From: Carcharhinus longimanus | Taxonomy: Eukaryota | DNA length: 64,000 bases | Reading direction: 5' to 3' | Assembly (NCBI GenBank): GCA_030264375.1 | Contig: JASCQW010000043.1 | Location: 39,962,268 to 40,026,267 of the forward strand | Made by a program: the position numbers and the translations under genes | In this document: piece by piece, positions 12,656-25,499 of the stretch | Position numbering within the stretch: position 1 is the stretch's first letter | How the letters are laid out: the number at the start of each line of letters is the position of its first letter | Notes under the pieces: model-generated | What the model saw: the letters and a program-made list of their open reading frames with translations, nothing else | What the model was told of the DNA's origin: nothing | Database searches by the model: none

Positions 12656-12989
12656 AAAGGGACTGGATGTGATTTGGAGGTGCTATATGAAAAGTCCACA
12701 CAAAATCATGGATAAATTTAGATAAACTACTGTGAAAAATGGTCATTCAAAAACACAGAAAGAAAATCCAATATGACTGGCATCATGAGGATTGTTTAAA
12801 CCCTGTAAAAAGAAGAGTGTCTGTTCTGAATAAATAACGGACATCACATCTGGCCCCATGTTCACAGGTAAAGAATGGTCATAATTTAAGAGATGGCATG
12901 TGGAAGAGAAAGGAGATGGCGGAGGAGAGGTAAATGGTGTGACCTTTCCTGCAAAAATAAATTACTATTGAAAAGTAGTGACACAAAAG

Positions 12990-13320
12990 AATCATAGAAT
13001 CACTCCATTCCAAAAAGAGGTCGTTCGGCCCATTGAGTCAGTACTGACCACAATCCCACCCAGGCCCTATTACTGCAGCTCCACATATTTACCCTGCTAA
13101 CCCCACGACACTAAATTAGTGTGGCCAATTTAGCGAGGCCAAGCAACCTGACCCACACATCTTTGGACTGTGGGAGGAAACCAGAGCACCCAGAGGAAAC
13201 CCATGCAGACACGGGTAGAATGTGCAAACTGCACACAGACAGTGACCCAAGGCCGGAATAAACTCCAAGTCCCTGACACTGTGAAGTAACAGTGCTAACC
13301 ATTGTGCCACCATGCTGTCC
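12990..13320 (-). mobile_element. HE1-type V-SINE
   Basis: tRNA head (reverse complement of CAGTGCTAACCATTGTGCCACC), V-domain and a CR1-derived tail ending GATTCTATGATTC. Confidence 0.92.
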
Positions 13321-14452
13321 TAATCTAGTCCAACTAATAACCCCAGTGGCAATAACCTGGAACAATGGACTCAGGAACTGCGTTAAATAATATTATGCAT
13401 TTTGAGGTTGTACCTGTTGTGATAAATATGACCTTGAATATGTCAACAGAATTGTGTCAAGGGAGTTATTCACAATTAATAGGCTAAATGACAGAATTGA
13501 TCAAGGATTGCTCGCTAAGAATTGTAAACTGGAGCTGACTTTGAATAGGTTGAGCCTGAGGGATGTAAGAAAAATAAAGTTTAACAGAATGGCTAGGAAT
13601 TGCCATGACAAGATTGGCAGGAATAAACAGGATAAATAGAAAACATGTGGGGGCCTGATGAGATAATGAAGAGGCGACTAAAAGTATTGTTGACAAAAAT
13701 TAACAAACAGCAAGTGACAATCTGTGGGAGCATCTGTTAACCACTGAAGAATTAGTAAGGAATCTTGGAAAAATTGCATATGAAATAATATGGATGAAAG
13801 ATAAGGTCAGCCGAAACCAAAACCTTATACAGGCATCATATGCAACTTGTATGCAGTGGTTTGCAATGAATACAATCCAAAAAGGAGCAGACAGTATAAA
13901 AAATAACCCATTCCCTCATTCATCCAAGAAGAACAACTAAAGAAGCAATCAAAGTAATGGGAATGCAGACACTGATTATGATATGGCACATCAAATGGGA
14001 ATGGCATTCTTAGTCCCAGGCTTTGGGACAAGAACATGATCCCAATGGTTATTGACATTACCCTTGCAAGCAAAGCATGGAAGTCTGCTTTGGAAAGTGT
14101 ACTATGAAAAGTGTATTGGATTGATTGACAACAACGTGGGGAACATCCATGTCATCGAGTAAAGAACGGCAAAACTTGGGTAGCATCGGAGTTGGGGCGA
14201 ACACACTAAGAAGCACCACTCTGGTCTACAGGTTTACAATAAATGAAGAATTCCCAACTGTAAGCCAGGGTCAAGACTCTCAGAGGGGGAGTGGACTGAT
14301 ATAAAGGCAAGGTAAAGAACTATGTGACAAACACAGAGATGGTATGACTGCTTCATGACTGCTGAGTCAATGAAAGCAACATTTCAATACAAAATTCTGC
14401 ATATCCATCACTTAAAAAGCCTAAACCAAAACAATAGCAAAAACTTACATTT

Positions 14453-14776
14453 CATAGAAACCTACGCTGCAGAAGGGGGCCGTTCGACCCATCAAGTCTG
14501 CACTGACAACAATCCCATCTCAGCTCTATCTCCATAACCCCAATATTTACCCTGCTAATCCCTATAACCTACACATCCCAGACACTAAGGGGCAATTTAG
14601 CCCCTAACCTGCACTTTTTGGACTGTGGGAGGAAACCAGAGCACCCAGAGGAAACACACGCAGAAATGGAGAGAACATGCAAACTCTACACAGACAGTGA
14701 CTCAAGCCAGGAATTGAACCCAGATCCCTGAAGCTGTGAGGCAGCAGTGCTAACTATTGCGCTACTATACCATCCC
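14453..14776 (-). mobile_element. HE1-type V-SINE
   Basis: Same head, V-domain and tail architecture as 12990-13320. Confidence 0.92.
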
Positions 14777-14869
14777 CAAATTTATTTAGTGCCTTTAACA
14801 TAAAATATCCCACAATGCTTTACAGGAACATCATAAGAAAAAATATGACAAAAACAAAATAATCAATGA

Positions 14870-15940
14870 GGTGAGGTGAGAGAGACTGCCTTTAATATCA
14901 AGGCACCATTTGACCAAGTTTGGCATCAAGAAGACCTAGTCAATCAAAATCTGGAGCGATTGGATATTGCTGGCTAGGTCAGCATTTACTGCCCATCCCT
15001 AATTGCTCTTCAGAAGATGGTGATGATCTGCATTTTTGAACTGCTACAGTCTACATGTAGTCCTCAGATATTGAAGCAGTTCATCTCCATATGAAGAAAA
15101 CTATGGCAACATTCAGTCTAACTAATAAGTAACATGCACACCAACCACTTGCCAGGTGCTGACCATTTCCAATAAGACAGAATGTAATCATATCCCTTGA
15201 CATCCAATAGCATTACCATTGCTGAATCCTCCACTATCAAAATCTTGGGGATTACCATTTAGAGACTTAACTGAACAAGCCATATAAGTATACCGTTACA
15301 AAAACAGATCACACGTTGAAAAGTCTGCAGCAAGTAATTCACCCCCTGTCACCCCAAAGCCTGGCTAGCATCTACAAGGCACAAGTCAGGAGTTTGATGA
15401 AATACACTCACTAATCTGGAAGAGTGCAGCTGCAACAACACTCATGATGCTCAACACCATCCAGAAGAAAGCAGCCCGCTGATCGGACCCCGCTCACCAC
15501 TTTAAACACTCACACTCACCACAATCATTACACAATGGCAGTTGAGTGTTCCATATACAATAAGCCCTTCGTTTGAGTTTGATTGATTCATCTTAATTCA
15601 CTCCAGTTTAACATCATGGATATAAACGGGCCACATGTGTACTTAGCTTTGAGATTTCTCTTTTAGTGTCATTTCACATTGGGGTCATTGCAGCATCCCA
15701 TGACTCCATCAATGCCACTTTGAAGCTCAATCAATGCCTCTCTAGCTCCCCAACTCTCCTGCTCTCTGTCCCACCTGCTCAGGCCCCTCCTACTCTACAC
15801 CAGATGGACTGCAGCAGTTTGAGAAGGCAGTTCACCACCATTTTCTCAAGGACAATTAAGAATGAGTCAATGGGAAGCCACATTTCAACAAAAAAAAATT
15901 AAGAATGAGCAACTAATGCAGCAATGCTCACATTGCAAGA
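14870..15940 (+). mobile_element. Old CR1/L2-group LINE 3' portion, fragmented
   Basis: A degenerate 'ALDIKAAFD.VWH' RT motif at ~14888-14930, ACAAGGCACAAGTCAGGAG (YKAQVRS) at ~15373, and the tail GATGGACTGCAGCAGTTTGAGAAGGCAG..CACCACC followed by an A-run. Confidence 0.7.
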
Positions 15941-17240
15941 AGGAACTGGTGCACCATCTTAATATCACCCAACTCTAAGTGAAACTGCTCTTGGAGAATG
16001 AGGCAATTCAAGCAATCCCTTATATCATACGTTATGTACCTTCCCCATGTCTCAATCCAAATTCCATAATCTATAGCACGAGGATCTCATAAAAGCATAT
16101 AATGTACATGCCACAAGATAATAAACAGATAGATTTAACAATTAAAGAATCAGGAAATCATGAACGGAGGGATATAAATTCCTGGGATAGAGTGGGACAA
16201 ATTGGACCAGTGGTTATTTAATTGTTAGTAATAGTACGCACACTGATTATGATGTGTCTTCTTCACAAGAGCATCAAGAAATAAAAGCCTTGAGAAATGA
16301 TGATCAGAACAGCCAAGCTGCTACAAAAGAGTAACCAAAGACAGAGAGCGTATGACAGGAAAGTTAAATTTAATTGATGATTAATTCAACATTCAAATGG
16401 AAGAATGGTAAGAACTGTTGAAACATGGAGAATAGGAAGAAGGTTTGAGAGAGTTAACTTAGCAATAGCAGATTAAATTAATTGTGGTACAAGGGCAGGA
16501 ATTCAATCATGATGAAAGGCAAGTCTAGGCATGAAACAAAATTGCTGAAGGGGAAGCACAATATGAGGTCATGTGGCAGAAGAATGCCAATAGGGGAGAA
16601 CAAGGGACTTGCGCGGAACTCATTATTGTGTAAATAGGTTGTGATGTTTAGCTTTTAGTACAATAATACCTGAAGGGATGATTGGTCTAATACCTGAAGG
16701 GCATCTGAATCTGAACAGCGCATGAATATGCTTGATTATATTCTACTTGTGTGACACATCTTCATGCCAAACTTAATAAAGATGATACAAGTAAACTTTG
16801 GTATCTAATCCTTCTGCTTAATTCAACTTCATACTTGAACAACTAATATAATTAAACCTTCATTTACTTGTGCCTTTACCAATTATTCTTTGCTACATTC
16901 TGCATAATCATATAAAACATTTTTCTATGATAGACACATTTGTTCCAACTGATGTTGTAAGTGAATTTTCTCTCCACATCTCTTCATCCTCTCAAATATT
17001 GTTGAGAACTTCTTATTAACTAATGGATGAAATAATATACTGACTATCCACACGAAATAAATTTTAACATTAAACTTTTGGGTGAGACCCAGTCCCGTTT
17101 GAGAACTTTAGTTTCAATGTTCCAAATATATTTTGAAAATGATATATTGATGGGGTTTAAATGATATATTGATTGGGTTTAACAATCCTCCTGTACAGAA
17201 AAAAATGTATTTTTATGAAAATAATTTTTTAAAAAAAACA

Positions 17241-17510
17241 GAGCACTGCTGAAGAGGTGTCTTATTGAAGTTTTTTATCTTGCACCCATCAGGACAGACA
17301 GAAAAATCCAAAATTTAGAGGGGACAACTGTTTCTCCATGGTAATGCCCCATCCCATCACAGTCCATTTTCTAATCAATTAGCGCCCCTCTCTCATGTAG
17401 CATAAGCTGTTGTGCAGTATGAACTGTGGTATTCTCACATATATCTGAGTACAGGGGGAAAAACTTTGACAGTTAGTTCCTTTTTTCAGCAATACTCAAG
17501 TTCTGTACTA
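17241..17510. mobile_element. Short element with inverted ends carrying decayed hammerhead-like motifs
   Basis: GAGCACTGCTGAA (17241) and TTCAGCAATACTC (~17485-97) are inverted. A hammerhead-like motif lies inside each arm, and a related half-copy lies at ~21585-21665. Confidence 0.55.
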
Positions 17511-18084
17511 ACAAGTTACTAATACAAAACTGCAACAAAAAAGGACACAAAAAGGTGCAGTGATGATAACATTAAGACAACAATAGGCAAAAATGTATTA
17601 TTCTTCTAAGTTTCTTTGTGTTGTACAAAGTAAAAGTTATGTAACTCTAATACACCCACCCTCTTCAGGAGCTCGACAATGTCCTTTATGTCCCATTAAA
17701 TCACATTCAACAGAGCGCTATAAAGTTAAGAACACGGACAGCATTATATTTGAGTGCCTTATAACAAAATAGATGTGGACATGAAACACTGTATTCAGAT
17801 CTATACCAACGGGATGAATGTCTTTTCTGTCTGCTGGCTATTGTGGCCCCTTGAGAAATTAACGTTTTTGCTCTTGGCATGTGGATAATGCAGCATTTGT
17901 TGCATATCCTTCGTTGCCCTGAGAAGGTGGTGGGGCTTTTTCTTCAAATTAGAAATTGTTTTTCCAGATGATGGACTTGTGAGGTTACTTCAGATGATAT
18001 TTCAACCACATAGTGAAATCACAAGTAGGTTCACTTCCCTGTAGGGCAGTAGTGAAGAAATTGGGTTTTTACAATAGCTTGATG

Positions 18085-18855
18085 CATTGAGTGGCATGAC
18101 ATGATAGATAAAATATATTGTGAATAAAAGTGAGACTATCTACTTTGGATCTAAGCAAGACCATGGTCTAAATGATAAAAAGCTTTGGAGGAGTAGAGTG
18201 ATCCAAATGCAGAAATCACTAAAACCTAGTGGACAGATATAAATATACTTAAAGAGGCCAGTGGAATTGTTCTATCTCAAGAAGCTTGCAATACAAAAGA
18301 TGGAAGTTCAGGTACAACTGAATAAAGCTTATGCTGGACTATATCTGGAGGACTATGTTCAGTTCTGGGCAATGGACTTCAGAAAGTAAGGGCGCAATGC
18401 AGGTTTATCAGAATGATATTGGAGCTTAAAGAGATAAATTATGTGATCAGATTCCAGTATTTTCACCTGAATGGATAAGATTGAAGGATGATCATATTGA
18501 GGTGTTTATGATAATTAAAAAATGTTTCAGGGTGGCTAGAGAGAAACTATTTTCTCTGGTGGTATAGTCCAGAACGATGGAACGTAACTATAAAATTGGA
18601 ACCAAGTAATTCAGTGATGATGTCAGGAAACACTTCTTTGCACAAAGGAAAGTGGTAAATCTGGAACTCTTTCCCCAAAAATACCATTGAGACTAGATCA
18701 ATTGAAAGATTTAACACTGAGGTAGATAGACTTCTGTCAATTAAGATTGTTAAGGAATATGGAACTAAGATGTCATTGAGATACAGATCAGTCGTGATCT
18801 AACTAGATGATGGAACAGGTTCAAAGGGCTAAATGGCTTGCTTCTGTTCCTATAT
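18085..18855 (+). mobile_element. Old CR1 LINE 3' fragment
   Basis: Degenerate CTGGAGGACTATGTTCAGTTCTGG (LEYCVQFW), GGAAACACTTCTTTGCACAAAGG and the tail GGGCTAAATGGCTTGCTTCTGTTCCTAT. Confidence 0.85.
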
Positions 18856-19249
18856 GCAAGATTGCCTTTTGCTAACTTACTGAATTCAATTTCACATTTG
18901 TTCTGATGTGATTTCAACTTACAGTTGCTAGTTTGTTAATGCAGTACCACAAGCTTTACACTGCTGTGGTTATAATCACCTCAATCCTGCCGCTAGTGAG
19001 GCTAGCACAAAATTGCTCTTAACTAGACAATAAATTAACAATTTCAGTTGGAAAGATCACAGGGTGGCTCGTGTGAGAAATAGAAATGGATAAGGCTACA
19101 TTGGTGTAATTAATATTACATGTTTGGAGGTATAGGCAGAGTTTTAGGAGTTTTACTTTATGACTAACATATTGCACCTGAGCTGAGAGTACTTAACATT
19201 GCTACAGTTTAAATGAAACATACATTCCCCACACCTTGATAAACATGAC

Positions 19250-20350
19250 GGAGGCGATTCATTCAGCCCGTTGTGCTGCAGGCCAGAAGACACAAGTGGA
19301 GGCCATTTAGCAGGTTTCCCACTGGGCGCATCGGCCTCTGTGCATTTCCACCACCGGATTTCCGGCGTCGTCGCTCCATGCCAAAAATCGGCACAGAGCT
19401 GAATAAATTATTTAAATGATTATTATCAACTTATTAGTGGGCCTAGGACTGAAGTCTCCAGGTCCGTTAGTGTCTCCCTGCCACTTGGGGTGTTTCACTC
19501 AGCAGAGTTTAGAACAGCTCCCCGCTAATGGGGAACTGGCAGTCCAACGCTGCTGGAGTGAAGAGGGATCATGGAAGCCCCCCAGGGGGTCAGTGGTAAG
19601 GAGGGGATGCCAGCAAGGCAGTGCCAGCCTGGCCCCCTGGCACTGCCCAAGAGGCAAAGTGGCAATGTGTGGGGGTACCTTGGCATGGGGGAGGGAGATT
19701 GATGGGGATGGGAGGTCCCACTGCCACTCTGCACTTTGATCAATGACAAAGAGAGGGAGACNNNNNNNNNNNNNNNNNNNNNNNNNNNNNNNNNNNNNNN
19801 NNNNNNNNNNNNNNNNNNNNNNNNNNNNNNNNNNNNNNNNNNNNNNNNNNNNNNNNNNNNNCGGGCGCCCCCGGGGGGGGGGGGGGGGGTGGGCCCCGCC
19901 CCGCCCCCCGTTGGCAGGCGGGGAGGCGGAGTCAAGAGTACAGTGAGGGGATATTGGGGCTGCTGGTGGGGGATGGATCAGGCAATTGAGACTGCCAGTT
20001 GTGGAGGGGAGGGAGATTGAGGTTTGCTGGTGGGGAGGGGTGGGTCACATTGACAGGAATGGGGCATCATGGGGCTGGCCAGTGATTGAGCTGGCCAGTG
20101 ATCAGGAAGCTGGCAGTGCTGTACTACTATGACAGATCAGCACATGCACATTAGCCTGCTCAACACCATGCTGCCAACCTCCCCAGCGGGAGTAGGCCCC
20201 ATCCATTGATTTTTAGCATGATTCACACTAGGGATCTCTTGATGCATAGAGTGTGGGAGATACGTTTTGAAAATCCTGTTGAAAAACCAACATGATTTAC
20301 TTTTTATGCTAATTTGGCACTTAGAAGTTTTTTTTGTGAGAATCCCACTA
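19250..20350. mobile_element. GC-rich non-autonomous TIR element (spans a gap)
   Basis: A locally GC/CpG-rich block with TGCC/GGCA microrepeats. The ends GGCGATTC and GAGAATCCC resemble the other GGGC.GAATT elements. Confidence 0.5.
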
Positions 20351-21328
20351 ACATTTGTTAATATTTTAAAAAGAGACTAGCAGATCTCCCATAGCATTGT
20401 TTACGGTGAGCCACAAAATATTTTATATCACAATTTTATATCAATAGAGATGTTTACAATATATAGGTAGTCACATAAAATGACTAAATAGTCATATCTA
20501 ATTTGTAATAAATTGTATTTTGGGATCTTTGCTGTAATTTGGGCAGCAAATTCCAAAGATCTGTTCATCATTCAACTAAAGTCATAAATGGTTATGTTAT
20601 ATATTCATTTAAAACATATCTAATTGTAACCTGTTCCAGTGTACTGCTGAGACACTGTACTATTGAGAAGGTACTTTGTAAAATTTAAGAATTGAGTTAA
20701 ATATAAAGGAAGGGCTGAATTTCAACTCTGGTGGAAGTGTCCAGAATGGGCTGTGTGTATGGACGGACCACAGATCTGGCATGTGGTGGAAATTCCCATT
20801 CGGTGTTCTAATTGATAGAGCTTCCACCCAAAGATTGCTTTGCCAATGATGAAAACATTGTGATGGAGGTGGGACAAGGGGAAGAAATGATCAGAAACTC
20901 TCAACCAGATAGGAGAGGCATTCCAAAAGGTTAAGCAGCTTGAAACTCTAAAGAAATAGTTGGTTTGGGTGTCTAGGGACAATTCTTGGCTTTGGCATCT
21001 CTGGAAATTATCTTAGATTCTAAAATACTGGGGGATTATCCTGGTTTTTGGCAAAACTGGGTTACAGATCCTGAAATTTGACAGCATGCATTGGGGTGTT
21101 AGAGATTGGCAGCATAGTGAAAAGAAAACTTGGTATTTGGCATAACTTTAGAGAAGGCTTCTTGGATTTAATAGAATTGGAAGATGAAATATATTTTAAT
21201 TCTCAGGAGAATTCCTGGTGATGGAATGGGGCTGACACAGTAAGGCAGCAGTAGTATTTAACTTTCCAATAGATCTCTGCAATCTCAAAAATTGGTGCTC
21301 TATGACTGGTTCCTGGAAGTCTAGCTAC

Positions 21329-21468
21329 GGGCAGAATTTTCCAGGCTCAACACAGGTAGGCATTGTTGTGGATGGGATGGGAAAATTTGAAGAGCATCCA
21401 GCCCTCCAAATTTTTCCATCCTGCTCATGATAATACTTACCAGTATCAGGGCCAGAAAATCCCAGCCC
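21329..21468. mobile_element. MITE with TIRs
   Basis: GGGCAGAATTTTC ... GAAAATCCCAGCCC, plus an internal inverted repeat GATGGGAAAATTTG / CAAATTTTTCCATC. Confidence 0.75.
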
Positions 21469-21999
21469 ATGTGTCTGCCTGCCTCTCTCTATCTCCCCTC
21501 TTTTCCAATGAGCTGAATTTTGTCTATCAGTAGGATGAGCTGGTGTCAGGGTGATATTCAAGTTGATGCAACTGGCAATTGAGTATTGATGGAAAGAGAG
21601 ACATGTTACTGAATCTTTTCATCTTGCACTCATCTGGACAAGTGCAAGAATGCCAAATTTCAAATGATAGGTCAAGCTCATTTATGCTTGCTGGTCAGTA
21701 GCTGAGGAATGGTTGAAAGAACTGGTTCTAGTGTAGAAAGAGATTTAGTGTCCCAGAGTGTCATTTAGAGCTGCAAACTGGAAACTCAACACGAATTAAA
21801 AAGCACCCATGAAATGTGAGGCCAGTGGGTTGGTCCATGTATAAGGCAACACCAAGCATCAATGTTCCTACTGAGGCACAACATGCATACGCACCAGAAC
21901 TTCATGGTCAATGATGGATAAAAACCGTGTTTAGAGGCTGACTGGCTGCACCTACATGCCATCACAGTCATATGCTGCTGCATATTTAAATGCCTCGAA

Positions 22000-22640
22000 G
22001 TTATCAGCACAAATGGTCATGAGACAGGGGCAATACTTTACATATCTGTGCTTGTAGTAGAAGCACGCATACAATGCCAGATAATGTCAACTCCCAAGAG
22101 ATGGGAGTGCCATTTACCACTGTGGCCATGCTGATAGAGGACAAAGAAACCATGACATATAAGTCATGGAAGAGCAGCCTATCAGTAAGGGCAAGGCTGC
22201 TGTAGATGCAATGGCAAGTGAGTAAATCAATTACTCCTTCTATCATTCCCTTGACCATGTGTGAAGTGTGGCATCTACATGGGCCTTTAACATATCTGGA
22301 AGCTCTGACAATGAAAAGTGCAGGAGAGCATACCAAGAGCAGCACCAGCCATACCTCAAAGTGAGATGTCACCCTGATGAAGCCAAAACATAGGACAACT
22401 TGCAAACCAAGCTTCAAAAGCTGCATGCAATAGATAAAGCACAGTGATCCCACAACCAATAGATCAGATCTAAGCTCTACAGTAGTCATAAATCGCGGTG
22501 GACAATTAAACAACTAACTGGTAGAGAAGGTGCCACAAGCATCCCTATCCACAATGATGGGGAGTCCAGTACATCAGTGGAAAATGTAAGGCTGAAGCTT
22601 TTGCAGCAGTCTTCAGCCAGGAGTGCATAGTGAATAGCGA
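22000..22640 (+). mobile_element. Old CR1/L2-group LINE internal fragment (between the EN and RT domains)
   Basis: GGTGGACAATTAAACAACTAACTGG (WWTIKQLTG-like) and AAGGCTGAAGCTTTTGCAGCAGTCTTCAGCCAG (KAEAFAAVFSQ). It is probably the same family as 14870-15940. Confidence 0.65.
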
Positions 22641-23890
22641 TGGAACTTGGGACTGACTGAGAATGCAGGAATCAAGGCAGCTTCCCAGAAACTTCCTGCA
22701 CCACAACTTGCATGATATGTTTATAATGATCATAAATTAATTGAATGAAGGAGGGAACATTTTACAATTCATGAAGGCATTTGGCTGCTCTGAGCGCACC
22801 TTGATGGCCACATGAGTGTAGTCAATCATCCCCTGCACAAGGGAAATCCAGTCATGATCTTGAAGCCAACAGCCCTAACGACCTGGCTGGCCTGGTCAGT
22901 TGTGAACCTGATATATTGGCCAGTCGAACTGAGTAAGTATCCGTGACATCCTTTATGCAGCATGAGCCAGTGACTGAGATCTCATCAATCACACAGTCTC
23001 CAGACAATCCTTGAAATGAACCATACTCAGAAAGATTAGTACCAACATGACCAAATGCTAGAGTCATTAGGTGTCCATCACATCTCATTGGAATCAACTC
23101 TTATTCCAAACTACTGCACAGCTCCCCCACAACCTGCCTTGAGAGATAAGTCTTTGTAGACATTGGTGCTTGGACATCTCCATGAAGCTGAGCCTCTGAT
23201 AGCTGTCTGACCCAGCCTTTGAGATGAATAGTGCTTTCTACAATTATAAATCTATCCTCTTGCACATGTGCGCCCTCCTCATCCAAATCAAATGGCTTTG
23301 TCAAACATCTGAAGCTCCCTTGGCTGCTGCTGTCAGTTGCTCTATGTGCCTGCATCCCCATCGCTATGTCACTCTCCTCCTCACTGGAGGAATCAACCTC
23401 TAAATGCATCCACCCCGTCACAAACTGAAACCTCCATTGTGATGAGCTTTCAGTGGCTGCTGTGGATCTGGCCTTTCCACAAAAAGCTCTTAAGTTTCAC
23501 ACCCTCTGCAGTAGCATCAAACTTGATGGAGACTGCACAGACTGCATGTCTCAGCAGAAAGCTGTAAAAAATGCTTACCACTTCCTTTAACTTCTGAACT
23601 GTTGAATAAATCTCACCTCTTTTGAAAAGGTGAGACAGTGAACTCTGAGAAATCCTTGCATTCTTGACAAAATTGCAAAAGGCTCACTCACAATATCCCG
23701 GACAATTGTCTATTTAAAAACTTTAATTACCTGCATACAGCCACTCTGTCAGCCACTGACCCATTGCACTGTCTGCATCTTGTAAAATTACTTCACACTG
23801 GGAAGTCATCCTGACATTGTTGGAAGACATTTTACCACTTCCCTCCCACCTCCATTCCAGCCACCATGGAGGTGGTAAAATTCAGCCTTA
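22640..23890 (-). mobile_element. PIF/Harbinger transposase (HARBI1-like DDE nuclease) relic with one TIR
   Basis: The minus strand gives GSFQGLSGD..CIKDVTDT (22940-23030), VQGMIDYTHV (~22810-22838; cf. VQGAIDCTHV) and QLIYDH..IMQV..FLGSCLDSCILSQSQVP (22645-22745). A TIR-like end GTAAAATTCAGCCT lies at ~23875-88. Confidence 0.8.
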
Positions 23891-24244
23891 GGTCTTTGCC
23901 ACCTTCTGTATCTTACAGGTTTCAGAAATTAGATTTGTTATATTTTCTAATAGTAGAATGCAACTCCCTATTGGAAAGGAGAAAGGCCAGAAAATTGGTT
24001 TGCACTTACACGAAGCTCACTGACAGTTTACACATGGTCTACAGAACTGGCAGAGGTCTGGAGTACTCTGCACCAAGTAAAAGCAAATGTAAATGAAATG
24101 AAATAAAAAATCAGATGTTTTTGGAGAGGCCTGCAGCTTTCAGTTTGGATGCTTCACAGCAAGACCACTGACACACAAAAATCAGATTGAAGTCCTCCAA
24201 GGGCATTTGACCTTCACTTAAATCAGACAGATCGGCAGTTCCTG

Positions 24245-24336
24245 AGGGCAGAACTTCCTGTCCCCAGCCAAATCTCTGTTCACTGCAGCGGGATGGGAAA
24301 ATCCCACCAGCGTGAATAGTGATAAGATTCTGGCCT
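24245..24336. mobile_element. Harbinger-type MITE with 3-bp CTG target-site duplication
   Basis: The ends are AGGGCAGAA and TTCTGGCCT, with CTG at 24242-44 and 24337-39. Confidence 0.65.
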
Positions 24337-25239
24337 CTGTGTTTCTCTTTCTCTCTCTCTCTCTCTATCAATTTAATACGTGCTCTGATCTTCATACGTT
24401 ATAATTAAAATGCCAAATTGTCACTTATTTTGCTATTTTCTCTCTTCCCCTGTTCTACACATACGCTCATACACGGTGCACAAAGACACCCATTCTGTTT
24501 TATCCCAACATTTCATTTGAATAAAGCTGTGTTCTCTAGTTTTTATTCAAGTAGATGTTGTTAGACACAGAGCATTTTATTATTTGTCTTNNNNNNNNNN
24601 ATTCAGACAGCAGAAATTGCCTTCAGCTAGTAAGATAGCTGTTCCTTGAAACAAAAATCACATAAAACTGCAAGCTTTTGCAAAAGATTGAGACCTTCAA
24701 CAGAAAATTTTAGGGAAGACTTTAAAAGACTCAAATAACAATACAAAGTGCATATGAAGTAATTTTTTATACTGGCTAGAGTCTTATTTTGAACATTACA
24801 AGTTTCAGTTAACGAGGAAAATTATATTTTTTTTGAAAGGAGAAGCACCTTAAGTGAACTGATTTTTCACCAACAAATTGTGACAGGTAAATGATTTTGT
24901 TGGAAATTCTCTTCATAGGCAGTTACAATACTGATGGGAAATATAATACAATACTGATGGAAAAGCATGACCACTAATCATGAGAACAGAATGTAAGGTT
25001 TGTGGACCAGAAATGCATCCATACACAAGAATTTGAAAAGATACAAGTACATTTCTTATGACATTACACTTACGGAGCCAAAATCAAGCATAATCCTCAG
25101 GCAAAGTCCTCAAACTTGAATTGATATGGTGGACAACCTACTTAGTCATCCACTGTCAGATCTGACTGCACCACATAAAGCATTATCCAGTTCCTGCTTA
25201 TGGCTGCTAAGAATGTTCCAGAGTCATCCTGGAAGTTTA

Positions 25240-25498
25240 ACAAGTTGGCTTACTAACACTGGAATGAAGCCACTATTAAAATCGCCTAGTTGCCACACTC
25301 CAGTACCTGCTCGGGTACAGTGAGGGAGAACCCAGCATGGCCAATCGACCTAACCTACACATCTTTGGAGTATGGGAGGAAACCCACACAAACACAGGGA
25401 GAATGTTCAAACTCCACACATTGACTCAAGCTGGGAATCAAACCCGGGTCCCTGGCAATGTGAGGCAGCAGTGCTAACCACCGTCTACCATGCCACCT
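25240..25498 (-). mobile_element. V-SINE (tail variant)
   Basis: tRNA head at 25430-25498 with the same tail family as 3010-3262. Confidence 0.85.
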
Positions 25499-25499
25499 T

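Noticed and set aside
13330-14340. Purine-rich stretch possibly from an old LTR element (also 15950-16800 and 20700-21300)
   Set aside because: Too decayed to assign any motif.
16664-17182. Short direct duplications (TAATACCTGAAGGG x2; AAATGATATATTGAT.GGGTTTAA x2)
   Set aside because: Ordinary slippage duplications, not an array.
22004-22513. 169-aa hydrophobic minus-strand ORF
   Set aside because: It is the antisense frame of a LINE fragment.
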